A DNA stretch of 64,000 bases from an uncultured Nitrospiraceae bacterium (GCA_963727805.1 CAVSHF010000003.1:2240001-2304000), one strand, 5' to 3'. Numbered from the stretch's first letter, positions 10,033-20,689 are shown. Translations and numbers: made by a program. Notes: generated by a model not told the origin, from the letters alone.

Positions 10033-10794
10033 TCAACGAACCAAGAAAATCACGGCGACTATTAACCCGATCGCTACAACAATACGGCGCAGTACCACCG
10101 GATTAATCCAGCTTGCCAATCGACCGCCCAATGCTCCTCCTGCAAGAGCACCCACAGCCATAATGAGTGCAGCGGACCAAACCACCTGACCCGAAAACAA
10201 AAAAAAGATTGCGGCCGCAGTGTTAATGGCGAACGAAATAACTTGTTTCAGAGCATTGAGTCGCGTAAATGAGTCTTCCAGCACAAGTCCAAGTACCGCA
10301 AGTACGATTACGCTCACAGCAGCCCCGAAGTAACCTCCGTAAATTGCTGCGGGGACCATCGGAAGTATTGACCATGCCTCATGCAATGTAACTGCTTCGG
10401 AATGACCGGGACGGCGTGTGACCCATGCACGCAATTTGTCCTGAGCAGCCAGCAGCACCACAGACAAAAGAATCAGGAATGGCACAAGTTTTCCAAATGA
10501 CTGATCACTCGTATTCAGTAATACTATTCCGCCTGCGATACCGCCCAGCACTCCGACAGGCAGTAGGAGCCATAGACGAAGCGCCTGACCTCGCAGGTCC
10601 TTCATCTGCGCAAAGGTTGCGCCAAGGTAGCCGGGGCAAAGCGCCACGGTATTTGTTATGTTGGCAGCAACAACTGGAATACCAACAGCAGTGAGCATGG
10701 GAAATGTGATGAGAGTTCCTCCGCCGGCTAGTGCATTTACCGCTCCTCCTACAATGGCCGCTGCGCCCACTGCTAACAAATCCAAACCGTTCAT
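10033..10794 (-). CDS. TauE/SafE (TSUP) family membrane protein
   Basis: [41 protein letters not shown] before MNGLD. Confidence 0.88.
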   Translation of the reverse strand: MNGLDLLAVGAAAIVGGAVNALAGGGTLITFPMLTAVGIPVVAANITNTVALCPGYLGATFAQMKDLRGQALRLWLLLPVGVLGGIAGGIVLLNTSDQSFGKLVPFLILLSVVLLAAQDKLRAWVTRRPGHSEAVTLHEAWSILPMVPAAIYGGYFGAAVSVIVLAVLGLVLEDSFTRLNALKQVISFAINTAAAIFFLFSGQVVWSAALIMAVGALAGGALGGRLASWINPVVLRRIVVAIGLIVAVIFLVR

Positions 10795-10839
10795 TATCGA
10801 CTTTTCCTCCTCATATTTACGTCGCAGACTATGCACGAT

Positions 10840-11010
10840 ATGCTTGTTGTATGCGGGGATGTGTGTGGCAGCATGGCGTTCATCATTTCTTTAGTGAAGG
10901 TCGCGATCGCGTCCTTGAGCGAGGGTGCATGATAGCCGAACTCCATCGCAAAGTGGCTGGTGGGTTTCGATGCAACAAGTTTGGGCAAATGCCTTGAAAA
11001 ATCGTCTTGT
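10840..11010 (-). pseudogene. Degraded C-terminal fragment of isochorismatase-like cysteine hydrolase
   Basis: Pieces TCCIET and FAMEFGYH...[12 protein letters not shown] lie in different frames and resemble the family C-terminus. Confidence 0.4.
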
Positions 11011-11273
11011 GACCTCCGCTTCTTACGACAATGCTGATCTCATATACCCACATCCGGCAGCAGTCCGCAAAACAGCTAATAGAACAATTATAGGAAGTGC
11101 ATAGTCAAAGTTATCCGCACATTCTATGTCTTAATTATACATATTGCATAATGCGATTTGTATAATGCGTCAAAAAAAGAACTTTACCTATTGGTCATAG
11201 TCAGAGGTGGACCCCAGAAATCGGACAGTCGTATAAGGTGTAAAATATACGATTGACTGGAGGTCGCACTGAG

Positions 11274-11561
11274 ATGAGCAAAACAAAGAGGAACCGATAT
11301 TCAGGGGAGTTCAAAGCAAAGGTAGCGCGTGAAGCAATGAGGGAGGGATCGACGATTGTAGAGATCGCATCACGGTACAATATTCACCCCAATCAGGTTA
11401 GCGAGTGGAAGAAGCAGGCTATTGAAGGGCTTGCAGATGTATTTACAGGGAAGCACGGTCGTAACGAAAACGCTCACGAGGCTCAAATCACGGAACTGCA
11501 TGCCAAGATTGGGCAGTTGACAGTGGAGCGGGATTTTTTAGCGAAAGCCTTCAATCGATGA
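11274..11561 (+). CDS. IS3 OrfA (HTH)
   Basis: RYSGEFKAKVA...IHPNQVSEWKKQ...KIGQLTVERDFL; T-TTT-TTA slippery heptamer near 11533. Confidence 0.92.
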   Translation: MSKTKRNRYSGEFKAKVAREAMREGSTIVEIASRYNIHPNQVSEWKKQAIEGLADVFTGKHGRNENAHEAQITELHAKIGQLTVERDFLAKAFNR

Positions 11562-12424
11562 GCCGCGATCGAAGGAAAGAGATAATTGAACCGGAACACC
11601 CGAGGCTCAGCATTACGAGACAGTGCAACCTACTTCAAATCAGCCGCTCGTCGTGGTATTACGAAGCAATGGGAGAATCGGCACAGAATCTGGAGTTGAT
11701 GCGCCTAATTGACGAGCAATTTCTGAAGACCCCGGAATATGGAGCCCGTCAGATGGCCCGTTATTTACGGCGGCAGGGATATTGGGTAAACAGGAAGCGG
11801 GTAAGTCGATTGATGCAGAAGATGGGGCTAATGGCGATGTACCAGAAACCCAACACGAGCAAACCGCATCCTGAGCACAAGGTCTATCCCTATCTGCTTA
11901 GAGGCTTGAACATTACGGAGCCAAACCAGGTGTGGTGCGCCGATATCAGCTTCATCCCGATGCGACGGGGATTTCTATATTTGGTGGCGATTATGGACTG
12001 GGCGAGCCGAAAGGTTTTAAGCTGGCGGCTCAGCAACACTATGGAAGCTGCTTTCTGTGTGACAGCCCTCAAAGAGGCCTTGGCCAGATACGGCAAACCA
12101 GGGATCTTCAATACCGATCAAGGCAGCCAGTTCACCAGTATTGAGTTCACACAGACGCTCCTGGATTCCGGTGTAAAGATATCAATGGACGGAAAAGGCC
12201 GCTGGGTGGATAACGTGATGGTTGAACGGCTATGGCGATCACTGAAGTATGATTGCGTTTATAGATACGCATTTGAGACCGGCAATGAAGCAAGAAATGG
12301 CATCGGCGAGTGGATCAAGCAGTATAACGAGGAGCGTCCTCATTCTTCTCTGGACGACAGGACGCCTCATGAAGCATACTGGAATCTGCCAAAGGCAGGT
12401 TGCCCGGGAAAACTGGCGGCATGA
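11558..12424 (+). CDS. IS3 OrfB (DDE integrase core)
   Basis: NQVWCADI, FNTDQGSQF, DNVMVERLWRSLKY, YNEERPHSSL; ATGA overlap with orfA. Confidence 0.94.
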   Translation: MSRDRRKEIIEPEHPRLSITRQCNLLQISRSSWYYEAMGESAQNLELMRLIDEQFLKTPEYGARQMARYLRRQGYWVNRKRVSRLMQKMGLMAMYQKPNTSKPHPEHKVYPYLLRGLNITEPNQVWCADISFIPMRRGFLYLVAIMDWASRKVLSWRLSNTMEAAFCVTALKEALARYGKPGIFNTDQGSQFTSIEFTQTLLDSGVKISMDGKGRWVDNVMVERLWRSLKYDCVYRYAFETGNEARNGIGEWIKQYNEERPHSSLDDRTPHEAYWNLPKAGCPGKLAA

Positions 12425-12668
12425 TGACCGGTGGCTTCCACCTTAAATCAGCCCCAAAGCTGTCCAACCAATGGGGGCCACCTCTGTCAGAGTGCGTATC
12501 AACTTACTTCTACTCTTAAAGTCATCATCGTGGCGACACTGTTCAATATGCAAGATTTCTTCCGGAAATAATGGCCACAGATGCATTCTCAGTTTCTAGC
12601 CAGAAACAATGTTGTAGCATTTGCACCAGAAAAACCGAAAGGAGTTGGAGTCTCCGATCGGCTTCTGG

Positions 12669-12863
12669 TTAAGATGCGAGGATTAGGGCGGCGTGTCTGA
12701 TGTCGAGGCCTTGGAGTTCTTTGTAAAGATTGCTCCGAGATGCCGGAATCTGGCAGGTGTGGCAGCCTGTACGGTTGTGATTCACCGACTCGGAGCATTT
12801 CGAGCAATGCTTGGCAATTGTACTCAATTTTTGATAGATGGCTCCTGCAGTGACTTTGTACAT
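12669..12863 (-). CDS. Small hypothetical protein with two CxxC motifs
   Basis: GAGGAG RBS; CSKC...CHTC; 64 aa. Confidence 0.45.
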   Translation of the reverse strand: MYKVTAGAIYQKLSTIAKHCSKCSESVNHNRTGCHTCQIPASRSNLYKELQGLDIRHAALILAS

Positions 12864-13907
12864 CTTTTTGTTCTCCTCTTTTCTTTGGGGTATATCCCCT
12901 TTCCTTTCTTATAGCTATATTCTAATAATACTGCTAATGATATAAAATATATATCGGACCACTCCTTTATTTTTTGTAGGATGAGTGATTGGCGGGATGT
13001 ACTTGTCTGTCCTACTATCAAAGTAATTCTTGACCAGGGGTTCGGAGGCAGTGTTCATTTACAGGCATAAAACATCATTTCGACCTTGCGAATTTCCACT
13101 TATAATATCGACCGACGATCTTGCTCTGGAAACATTTCAGCATCTAAATATGAACTGATGCTTGGTTTGTATTTGAAGAAATCATCGACAGTAAATAATC
13201 GCCCGGACTGAATATTGGTGAAATTGTCATCGGGGACTAGACCTGACAGCGTGTTCACAAGTCATCTGTTTTATGAACACGCCCAATCTTGGCTATTTCT
13301 TAGTAACGTTTTTTGCGACTCAAGGAATGACAAATTGGCGCTCCTGCAATTTGTAGCGGATTGCAGGAAGAGGGGAACCTAAAGTTGGCAGTTACTGCCA
13401 ACAAAAAGGCCCAGTAACAAACATGCTACTGCGCCTATTAATTGGAACACCGTGGATCTCAAATATGGTACAGAATCTGACAAAAAACAGCTTCCGGCAG
13501 TGAATTGTTGTAGTCATTTAGAACACAAAAATGGTACTGAGTCAAAATAGAACAAGACGGTGGCGTTGAGTCACAGCAGATAAGTTGTGCCTCAAAATAA
13601 CTTTCATGGCTGCTTTGTCAAGTGTCTCCTTGGTTAAAGCATCAGTACATTAGTACGCTGAATCGGAAGGAAGTTCCCGAATGATTTCACTTCAGGAGCA
13701 CCTTCTTGGGCTGCATAAAGCAACCCATTTCTCTTGTTTGCCCGCTCTTCAAGATATTTAGCAACAAAGAGTCGACGTGACTGCTGAGAAACGCTATGTT
13801 CAAGAACGCAAATGCAAGACATCTTCCGACAAGAAAATTGGCATGTTGTCCTACAAAAAATTCAGGTTAATCCTGATAACAAATTCATAGATAATCCTTT
13901 AAGCTAA

Positions 13908-13945
13908 TAATAGTGATATTTTGGAAGAATAAAATATCACTATTA
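13908..13945. promoter_or_regulatory. 15-bp perfect inverted repeat upstream of receiver-domain gene
   Basis: taatagtgatatttt-8 nt-aaaatatcactatta. Confidence 0.55.
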
Positions 13946-13988
13946 CAACACGACAATAAAGACTTATTACTAGGCAAGGGAGGTTTGC

Positions 13989-14432
13989 ATGTTTGGTATA
14001 AGCGCAAAAGAGAGCCAATCAGTTGATCAACCGGTCAATGTCTTTAATCAGAAGCTGGGAATAAGCATATCTAGAAACACTCACAGTATTCTTATTGTAG
14101 ATGAAGACGGTGATGTTCTAGATCAGCTTTTGAAGAGTTTCACCATTTGCGCAAAGCAATATAACATTTACATAGCCAAAAATCACAGGGACGCCTTAAA
14201 GGTTCTAAAAACCTCTTCAGTGAACATTTTGCTAACTGCCCTCAACATGCCCGTCATGCAAGACTTTGATCTTATAGACTACACAAAAATATATTATCCA
14301 AACACTCGGATATTCGTCATGTCGGAAGAAGATCCATGTACAATAAAAACCAGATTGGATGATTTGAGAATTTACGGATACATAAGAAAACCGTTACGGA
14401 TTGAAATGGTCTATAGCATATTGCGTGTTTAA
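13989..14432 (+). CDS. Stand-alone receiver-domain protein lacking the phosphoacceptor Asp
   Basis: ILIVDED, LLTALNMP (Ala at the usual Asp), YIRKP; GGAGG RBS. Confidence 0.75.
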   Translation: MFGISAKESQSVDQPVNVFNQKLGISISRNTHSILIVDEDGDVLDQLLKSFTICAKQYNIYIAKNHRDALKVLKTSSVNILLTALNMPVMQDFDLIDYTKIYYPNTRIFVMSEEDPCTIKTRLDDLRIYGYIRKPLRIEMVYSILRV

Positions 14433-14648
14433 TAGTGTCGATGAGCGAGGCAGAGAAGAACAAAGCTAGTAACGGCTCTGGATTATATGCTATTAAATCA
14501 TAATATCAACGTATCTTAAGGGGACGGATTTAATGATCTGCCAGATGCCGACATTTCTTTTTCAAAGTATCTTCCCCTAATTGCAGTCTTCGCGAAAATG
14601 CCAATGATTGCAAATTCTTGGTAACCCTTTTATTTTCAACATAGGTCT

Positions 14649-14663
14649 TGGCACAGCCTATGC
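14649..14663 (+). promoter_or_regulatory. Putative sigma54 -24/-12 promoter
   Basis: TGGCAC-AGCCT-ATGC (GG-N10-GC) ~85 nt before ORF 14747. Confidence 0.45.
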
Positions 14664-14746
14664 CTTAAATATAGGAAATATAGGCTAAACATTCAGAGAA
14701 TGAAGAAAAGATCCAGCCAGCATCAGTAACAACGGAGGGACAACTA

Positions 14747-14995
14747 ATGCAACGGATAATTAAATTTATGATTAAGATGATAGGGCGTAATGTTTTTATA
14801 TTGTCGGCAATAATAGTAGGGTATATCGTTGGAATTACCCACGGCTTTGACAAGGGTTATGCCTTTTATGGTAGACAACTGACTTCCGATGTCCGTGAGT
14901 TCATCGCTGATCCACAGGGAGGGGTCTGGATAGGTCAGATACGTATTGAGATGGTGAATAAAGATAAGAGCTATTTCAAGGTGGCGGTGCGTTAG
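14747..14995 (+). CDS. Small single-pass membrane hypothetical protein
   Basis: GGAGG RBS; hydrophobic segment VFILSAIIVGYIVGI. Confidence 0.55.
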   Translation: MQRIIKFMIKMIGRNVFILSAIIVGYIVGITHGFDKGYAFYGRQLTSDVREFIADPQGGVWIGQIRIEMVNKDKSYFKVAVR

Positions 14996-15466
14996 CCGTC
15001 ATTTTTTGCAAGATGGAGAACCAGACCGAAACCTGCAAGTTGTGTGCTGACACCACATATTAATTGCATATTAGCACTAGTGTACCTGTAAGCGCCATAA
15101 CTAAGTGCAACGCTTCAGATTGAAGCATCCCATACCCAAAAAAAGAACCTATTTATAAAGAGTTATCCGTTTCCTGCGAAGTGAGGGATAATTATGTGCC
15201 AGGATAAGCTAAAATTTTTGGTTTTGTGCAAAAACATGCGTTCAATAAGGTGCGCCCTAAGGCCATATTTGTGCAAAATATGGTTGAAATCAGCGCAAAA
15301 CCATGCTTCGCTTCACATATGATCGGTCAAATCTCCACGCTGAGGAACAGCCTTCAGGAAAGGGGCGGCCTGTCATGACTCCTCTAGCGATGAAGGCAGT
15401 TGTGATAAACGATTCTAGGCCCAACCCATTTTGGAGCCAATCTTTGGATCCTCGACCCATAATATT

Positions 15467-15670
15467 ACCCAGACACCTATGCGGCCGCTCCTTGTTGTAT
15501 TGAAGGCGCCATTTCTCGATTACCTTTGGGGCATGTTCCATGATCATAAATCAGTTCTGATTTAAACACTCATCACGTAATCTGCCGTTGAAGCTCTCCA
15601 TATAAGCATTATCGACCGGGTTGAAGGTGACAGAGCTGAAGCTCGATTCTACGCTCATATACCCAATGAC
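15467..15670 (-). pseudogene. IS3-family (IS407-like) OrfB remnant
   Basis: DNAYMESFNGRLRDECLNQN*F...IEKWRLQYNKERPH with in-frame stop. Confidence 0.85.
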
Positions 15671-15800
15671 ATGGCGAACACTGCGTTTCTCAAAGATGCA
15701 GATCAAGTCGCGTTATAAGGATGCAATCGACAGCACGGTCATGATAGGTTATTTTGGAAGGTAATCACCAAATTCCTAGTACTGGTAAAATCGATGTAGG

Positions 15801-15841
15801 AGGTGCAGGCAAGATTTCCAGGAGAAGTGCGTCAGTCTAGA
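15801..15841 (+). repeat. ~55-bp repeat, copy 2 (split by IS110 element C; continues at 20951-20963)
   Basis: Matches the reverse complement of 8044-8096 once element C is removed. Confidence 0.8.
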
Positions 15842-15937
15842 CATAATGTATTAAACCTGTCCAACCTTAAAGGACGTGGGTTAAGCTTTAAGGTAACGAA
15901 ACCAAAGGCTCAGAGCCACAATTAAGGAGGACAGGTT

Positions 15938-16095
15938 ATGAAGAATTTTAGCACATTTATCGGCATGGACGTACACATGGAAAAGATAGCAGTAGCAACG
16001 GCAGGGAAGCATGGAGTGCCCCGATACTATGGGGAGATTGCCAATACAGCCGAGGCTATAACGAAGCTGGTAAAAAAGGTAGTGCCATCTGGAAG
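15938..16095 (+). pseudogene. IS110 transposase C, 5' part
   Basis: AAGGAGG RBS; MKNFSTFIGMDVHMEKIAVA...; joins in frame to 19613-20582 (375 aa when rejoined). Confidence 0.92.
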
Positions 16096-16173
16096 CTAGC
16101 CTGTTCACAAAGGTGTTGACATTTGCTCCGCAAGAACATATATATCCCTTATCAGCAATGATAGGGGATATAT

Positions 16174-17954
16174 ATGTTGGATGAAGACGCATTAGCCGAT
16201 AAGCTTCGTATTCCACTTCCCGTTGGGGATGTGCAGGTCAATTTCTGTAAGAATCCTGCATGCCCTAATTTTGGGATTCCTGCCAGCCAGCGGAAACAAC
16301 CTCGTGGAAGATATTCCGGTGATAAAGAGAGAGACGCCTATGTTATAAGTAGCGGCGATAAGCCGCAAACTGTTCTCCTAAGATGCACCCTATGTGGCGA
16401 ATACCCGACAATTAAAAGCAACCTTGCAATCAGTGAGGAGATTGATCGCCTGTCACAGTACCTCGGACCAGAGAAAGAGATAATCTCATGCCCCAATCTG
16501 GGATGTCCAAACCGCACAGTTCCCCTATCAACGCCGAAAAGCTACGTATCTTTTGGAAAGACTAAATCCGGATCTCAAAGGTATCGCTGTAGGCTATGCG
16601 GAAAGGTATTCTCTGTCGGTACCCCGACGACCCGGCAAAAGAAGCCACATAAGAATGCCATGATATTCAAACTGCTTATGAACAAAGTGCAATCATCCGT
16701 ATTTGCGAGGTGGCCGGGCTCGGATCGATGAATGCGCTTTACTGGAAGATCGATTTCATCAACAAGCAGTGTCTTGCTTTCGCCGCCGCTAAGGAACGTA
16801 AACTGCTTGAGGGCTTCCCTATTAAGAGACTCTATATTGGCACGGACAGGCAGGATTACATGGTCAACTGGTCCGATTCTGCCGATAAGCGTAATGTAAT
16901 GCTCCACGCCGCAGGCAGTGCTGACAATAGTAGCGGATATGTATTTGGTCTGCACCTTAACTTTGACCCCAGTCTTGATCCTTTCTTGATTGTCCAGGAT
17001 GCTGAAGCGTCGGGAGACCTTGAAATGAAGGTCCCTTTCAGAAAGCACGCTCGTGTCTGGCTGCCAAAGGATTACCAAGAATCTGCCAATACAAGCTTAA
17101 GAAGACAAAAGGTAGAGACATACGGCACTCTCCCGGAAGATATTGAACAATCCTATGCCGAGGCCCAGGAGCGGGAAGATATAGAGGTGTTCGAGCAAAA
17201 AGATTATAACACTCGGTTGCCTGCAAAGGGCTTGCAGGTGCATGCCGAATACACTCTTTATGGACACTTCTTCCTTCTCAGGCAGCTCTTTGGCGGGGTT
17301 GAGAAGGTCAGGTTTTTCTTGGATCAGGATTCTGGTATGCGAGCAGCGTGCTTAAGCGCCTTTGTCAACCAGATCAAAGAGAAAAGGTGCGATGCATTTT
17401 ATGTCCGCATTAACAAGAATCTGACTATTGGCGAGAAGCGACAAGCAATGGTTGCCGTCCGCAAAGAATGGGAAGAAACAAAAAAAGAATATCCGGGACT
17501 CGGCGACTCCAAACTTCGACTTCTGATTATTAAGGAACGGATTAGGCAGGCTGTGAATATGGGGAAATGGTCGGACAAGTGGATTCTGCATCCATTCCCG
17601 AATATGAGCGAGCCCGAAAAGGCAGTGTGTTACCTCACCGATATTCAGGGGTATGATGAAGACCACCTTGCCTGGCTCTACAACAAGGCAAGCCTTCATG
17701 CCATAGACCGATTTTTTATGCAGGTTCGCAGGAGATTGTCTTTGTTAGAAAGGCCTATCGCAACGCCGAGCAGTGCCGGGCGGAAGTGGTTCGGCTATAG
17801 CGCTTATAATCCTGCCATTATCATCAAGATTTTAGATATCTTCCGTGTTTTCTACAATTACATAGAGGTCGGGAAGGATGGGTTGACGCCAGCGATGAGG
17901 GTGGGATTGGCAAAGGGCAGAATAGAGATCCAGGACGTTATTCATCATATTTAG
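16174..17954 (+). pseudogene. Long zinc-ribbon DDE-like transposase split by a frameshift near 16690 (ORFs 16174-16731 and 16710-17954)
   Basis: CKNPAC, CTLC, CPNLGC, GKTKSGSQRYRCRLC (InsA-like zinc ribbon); acidic motifs GTD, FLDQD, IDRFF; C-terminal YN...TPAMRVGL. Confidence 0.75.
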
Positions 17955-18016
17955 TCATCTGGACTGTATATGCGTCAGGTAATATGTATTACTAGATATT
18001 AAAAAGGAGATTATAT

Positions 18017-18205
18017 ATGCAAGATAAAACGAAAAAAATGTTTGGCATCACCGTATTTCTATTAATTATTGCGGTGGCATGTCTTACGGGTCTTAGCTTA
18101 TTAGGATTTAAAATAGATATTATAGGGTCGGTGATATTGTGCGTGATTTTGATGCCATTGATTCTATATGCTATCTATTTAGATTTAGGGAGGAAGCGTA
18201 AATAA
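18017..18205 (+). CDS. Small two-helix membrane protein (passenger)
   Basis: AGGAG RBS; two hydrophobic segments. Confidence 0.6.
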   Translation: MQDKTKKMFGITVFLLIIAVACLTGLSLLGFKIDIIGSVILCVILMPLILYAIYLDLGRKRK

Positions 18206-18351
18206 TAAGGGGGGTGTATTATTCGGCTGATTTTGGACAGCCGATCCACAATTGCATTGCACCATAGCGTATGTGTTAGTGGGATTAAGGAGTGCATGCG
18301 CGTCATTAAAGATTATGATAAGATTAAGGTGAAACTACTTGGAGACAAAAC

Positions 18352-18837
18352 ATGAAAGAATCAATATATCTTGAAACCACGATTGTCAGTTATTACACAT
18401 CAAAACCCAGCCGAGACATAATCGTACTCGCACATCAGGAGATAACGCGAGAGTGGTGGGACAAGGCATTGAAGCGATACGAGGTTTTTATTTCTGCCAT
18501 GGTGGTTGAGGAGGCTAGGGCGGGTGATCCTGAAGCTGCGAAAAAGCGATTGGGCATATTAAAGAGATTCCCCTATCTTGATCTGAACCCTTCGGTAGAA
18601 AAGATGGCTCAGGTGTATGTCGAAAAGCTAAAAATCCCCCCTAAGGCTCTCCGTGATGCTGTCCATCTTGCTGTTGCGTCTGTTCATAGGGTCGATTATT
18701 TGCTGACTTGGAATTGTTCTCATATTGCAAACGGAGAAGTTATAAGAAAACTGATGCAGATAAATATGTCATATGGTATTAAGACTCCGATAATATGTAC
18801 TCCGGAAGAATTGATGCCAAGGATAAAAGGAGAATAA
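18352..18837 (+). CDS. PIN-domain (VapC-like) toxin
   Basis: IYLETTIVSY, DAVHLAVA, DYLLTWNCSHIAN, ICTPEEL. Confidence 0.88.
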   Translation: MKESIYLETTIVSYYTSKPSRDIIVLAHQEITREWWDKALKRYEVFISAMVVEEARAGDPEAAKKRLGILKRFPYLDLNPSVEKMAQVYVEKLKIPPKALRDAVHLAVASVHRVDYLLTWNCSHIANGEVIRKLMQINMSYGIKTPIICTPEELMPRIKGE

Positions 18838-18841
18838 GATA

Positions 18842-19009
18842 ATGTGGAAAGACCCTATAGTTCAGGAAGTCCGCAAGGCTGGCGAAGAACTTGCGAAGAA
18901 TTCAAACTACAGTCTGCAGGGTCTGTTTAAGATCCTGCGGAATAATGAAAAAAAGAGCAAAGCCAAGGTTCAGACAAGGCTGAGTGGGAATCTTAGAAAA
19001 GCGTGTTAA
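18842..19009 (+). CDS. Small basic protein downstream of the PIN gene, candidate antitoxin (55 aa; below the ORF-track cutoff)
   Basis: AAGGAG RBS overlapping the toxin end; MWKDPIVQEVRKAGEELAK... Confidence 0.7.
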   Translation: MWKDPIVQEVRKAGEELAKNSNYSLQGLFKILRNNEKKSKAKVQTRLSGNLRKAC

Positions 19010-19115
19010 TTGGGCAGTCGGTTACATTGCCGCACTTGGCAACCTCTCGATGGGATAGATGTCCGCCAGACCGGAACGGGAGGCTGGATTTGCTTAAATC
19101 TCGCTTTTATGTTAT

Positions 19116-19493
19116 CTAAGCACTATGTTTTATACGATACCATGCAAACATACCGGTTCCAATAGGGAGCCCGATTCTCACAATAAGCAAGAATCTGTGC
19201 AGTAGTGAAAAATCAGGCTGATGTTGAGCTATTTCACCAATAACATTCCACAAGCACAGTGACACAATGAATGCTATCGCAGCAAGCACTTCGAATAGGC
19301 CTATTCCCATGTGAACTTTCAGTGCCATGTAAGCTATAACAGATAAAATTAGAATTAGAACAACAGTGCCAGCAATAGTAGATGTGGATACTCCGAGTGC
19401 ATCTGCTAATCGAGATGAAAAGACAAGCAGCAGAATGAATCCTAGTAGAACTATCCCGACACTTATGGCAAAAAAAACATCAGATAATTTCAT
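19116..19493 (-). CDS. Four-helix membrane hypothetical protein (passenger)
   Basis: GGAG RBS; four hydrophobic segments. Confidence 0.65.
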   Translation of the reverse strand: MKLSDVFFAISVGIVLLGFILLLVFSSRLADALGVSTSTIAGTVVLILILSVIAYMALKVHMGIGLFEVLAAIAFIVSLCLWNVIGEIAQHQPDFSLLHRFLLIVRIGLPIGTGMFAWYRIKHSA

Positions 19494-19612
19494 TTAAGCT
19501 CTCCGTAAGATTATTTCAAGAAGTAAAGCCTCTAACCTATTACAAGTTAGAGGCTTTTGGAATTTTTACTACCTGCCATCAACACCTTTGTGAACAGGCT
19601 AGCATCTGGAAG

Positions 19613-20582
19613 TCGGGCTGTTTTTTGTTATGAGGCTGGGCCGTGCGGATACGGAGTATATCGGCAAATAACGGACATGGGGCATCGATGCGATGTTATA
19701 GCCCCTTCATTAATACCGAAGAAAGCCGGAGATCGAGTGAAGACAGATCGGCGCGATGCTGTGACACTGGTGCGTTTACTTAGAGCAAATGAACTGACAG
19801 CGGTGTGGGTTCCTGATCAGCAACAAGAGGCGATTAGAGACCTCACACGAATTCGTGAAGATATGAAGAGCATGGAACGGCGTGCCCGGCAACGATTGAA
19901 CGGCTTTTTGTTGCGAAATAAGAGAATCTACTCCGGCGAAAATAAATGGACACAAGCACATTTCCGCTGGCTTGAAAAGATCAGCTTTGAAAGTCCTATC
20001 CAGCAGATCGTCTTTCAAGAGTATATAGATGCAGTTAAACACCTTCAGGGACGCGTGGTATCGCTGGAAGAACAGATGATCAAAGCGCTTGCGGGATGGT
20101 CGTTGGGAGCTGTGGTGGAAGCATTGATGGCATTACGGGGAGTTAAGCTTGTAACGGCGATGCCGATTGTATCAGAGATTGGAGATATAAGCCGTTTTGA
20201 AAGTCCTCGACAATTAATGGCTTATCTTGGATTAGTACCGAGCGAGGATTCAAGCGGTAATCGTCAAAAAAGAGGAGGCATTACCAAAACAGGCAATGGA
20301 CATGTTCGCAGGTTACTTGTAGAGGCTTCTTGGAGCTATCGTTTTGCTGCTAGGAAAACAGCTCATCTTCAACGGAGGGCCGAAAAGGCAAGTGAGGCGG
20401 TACAGGCAATTGCGTGGAAAGTGCAAAAACGTTTGTGCGGCCGATACTGGCATCTGACACAAAAGGGAAAACTAAAGGTGCAGGCATGCACTGCAGTGGC
20501 AAGGGAGTTGGCAGGGTTTATTTGGGCTATTGGTCGCGAGGTTATGGGAAAGAACAATAGTGCTGCGGTGAAAGTTGCATAA
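19613..20582 (+). pseudogene. IS110 transposase C, 3' part
   Basis: CYEAGPCG, RVKTDRRDA, EIGDISRF, GLVPSEDSSG, GGITKTGN. Confidence 0.93.
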
Positions 20583-20689
20583 CATGCAAACATGCACAGT
20601 AGAAGAAAGTTGTTGCCCCTAGTGGCTTCGTAATCATAAATGTGTTCTTCTAAACTTAGACAACTGTGGACATTGATTCGACGGGTGTG

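Larger units (their letters stand above)
11203..12485 (+). mobile_element. IS3-family element, apparently intact (1283 bp)
   Basis: Imperfect TIRs agaggtggacccc..ggacag / ctgtcc..ggggccacctct; 3-bp TSD gtc (11200-11202, 12486-12488); orfA/orfB. Confidence 0.93.
16095..19603 (+). mobile_element. 3.5-kb TIR-bounded cargo transposon (IS1/IS1595-like transposase plus passenger genes)
   Basis: Perfect 25-bp TIRs gctagcctgttcacaaaggtgttga (16095-16119) / tcaacacctttgtgaacaggctagc (19579-19603); 8-bp TSD atctggaa (or 10-bp catctggaag with 24-bp TIRs). Confidence 0.93.

Noticed and set aside
15548..15560. In-frame UGA in the IS3 remnant as possible recoding
   Set aside because: It sits at a conserved Trp position in a frameshifted fragment; ordinary nonsense decay
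15836..15862. dif-like sequence (CATAATGTAT)
   Set aside because: No XerD arm (TTATGTTAAA); explained by the IS110-C left end and IR
19557..19612. TTG start giving a 341-aa stand-alone IS110 transposase
   Set aside because: The first codons come from the nested element's TIR; the true N-terminus with the first catalytic Asp is at 15938
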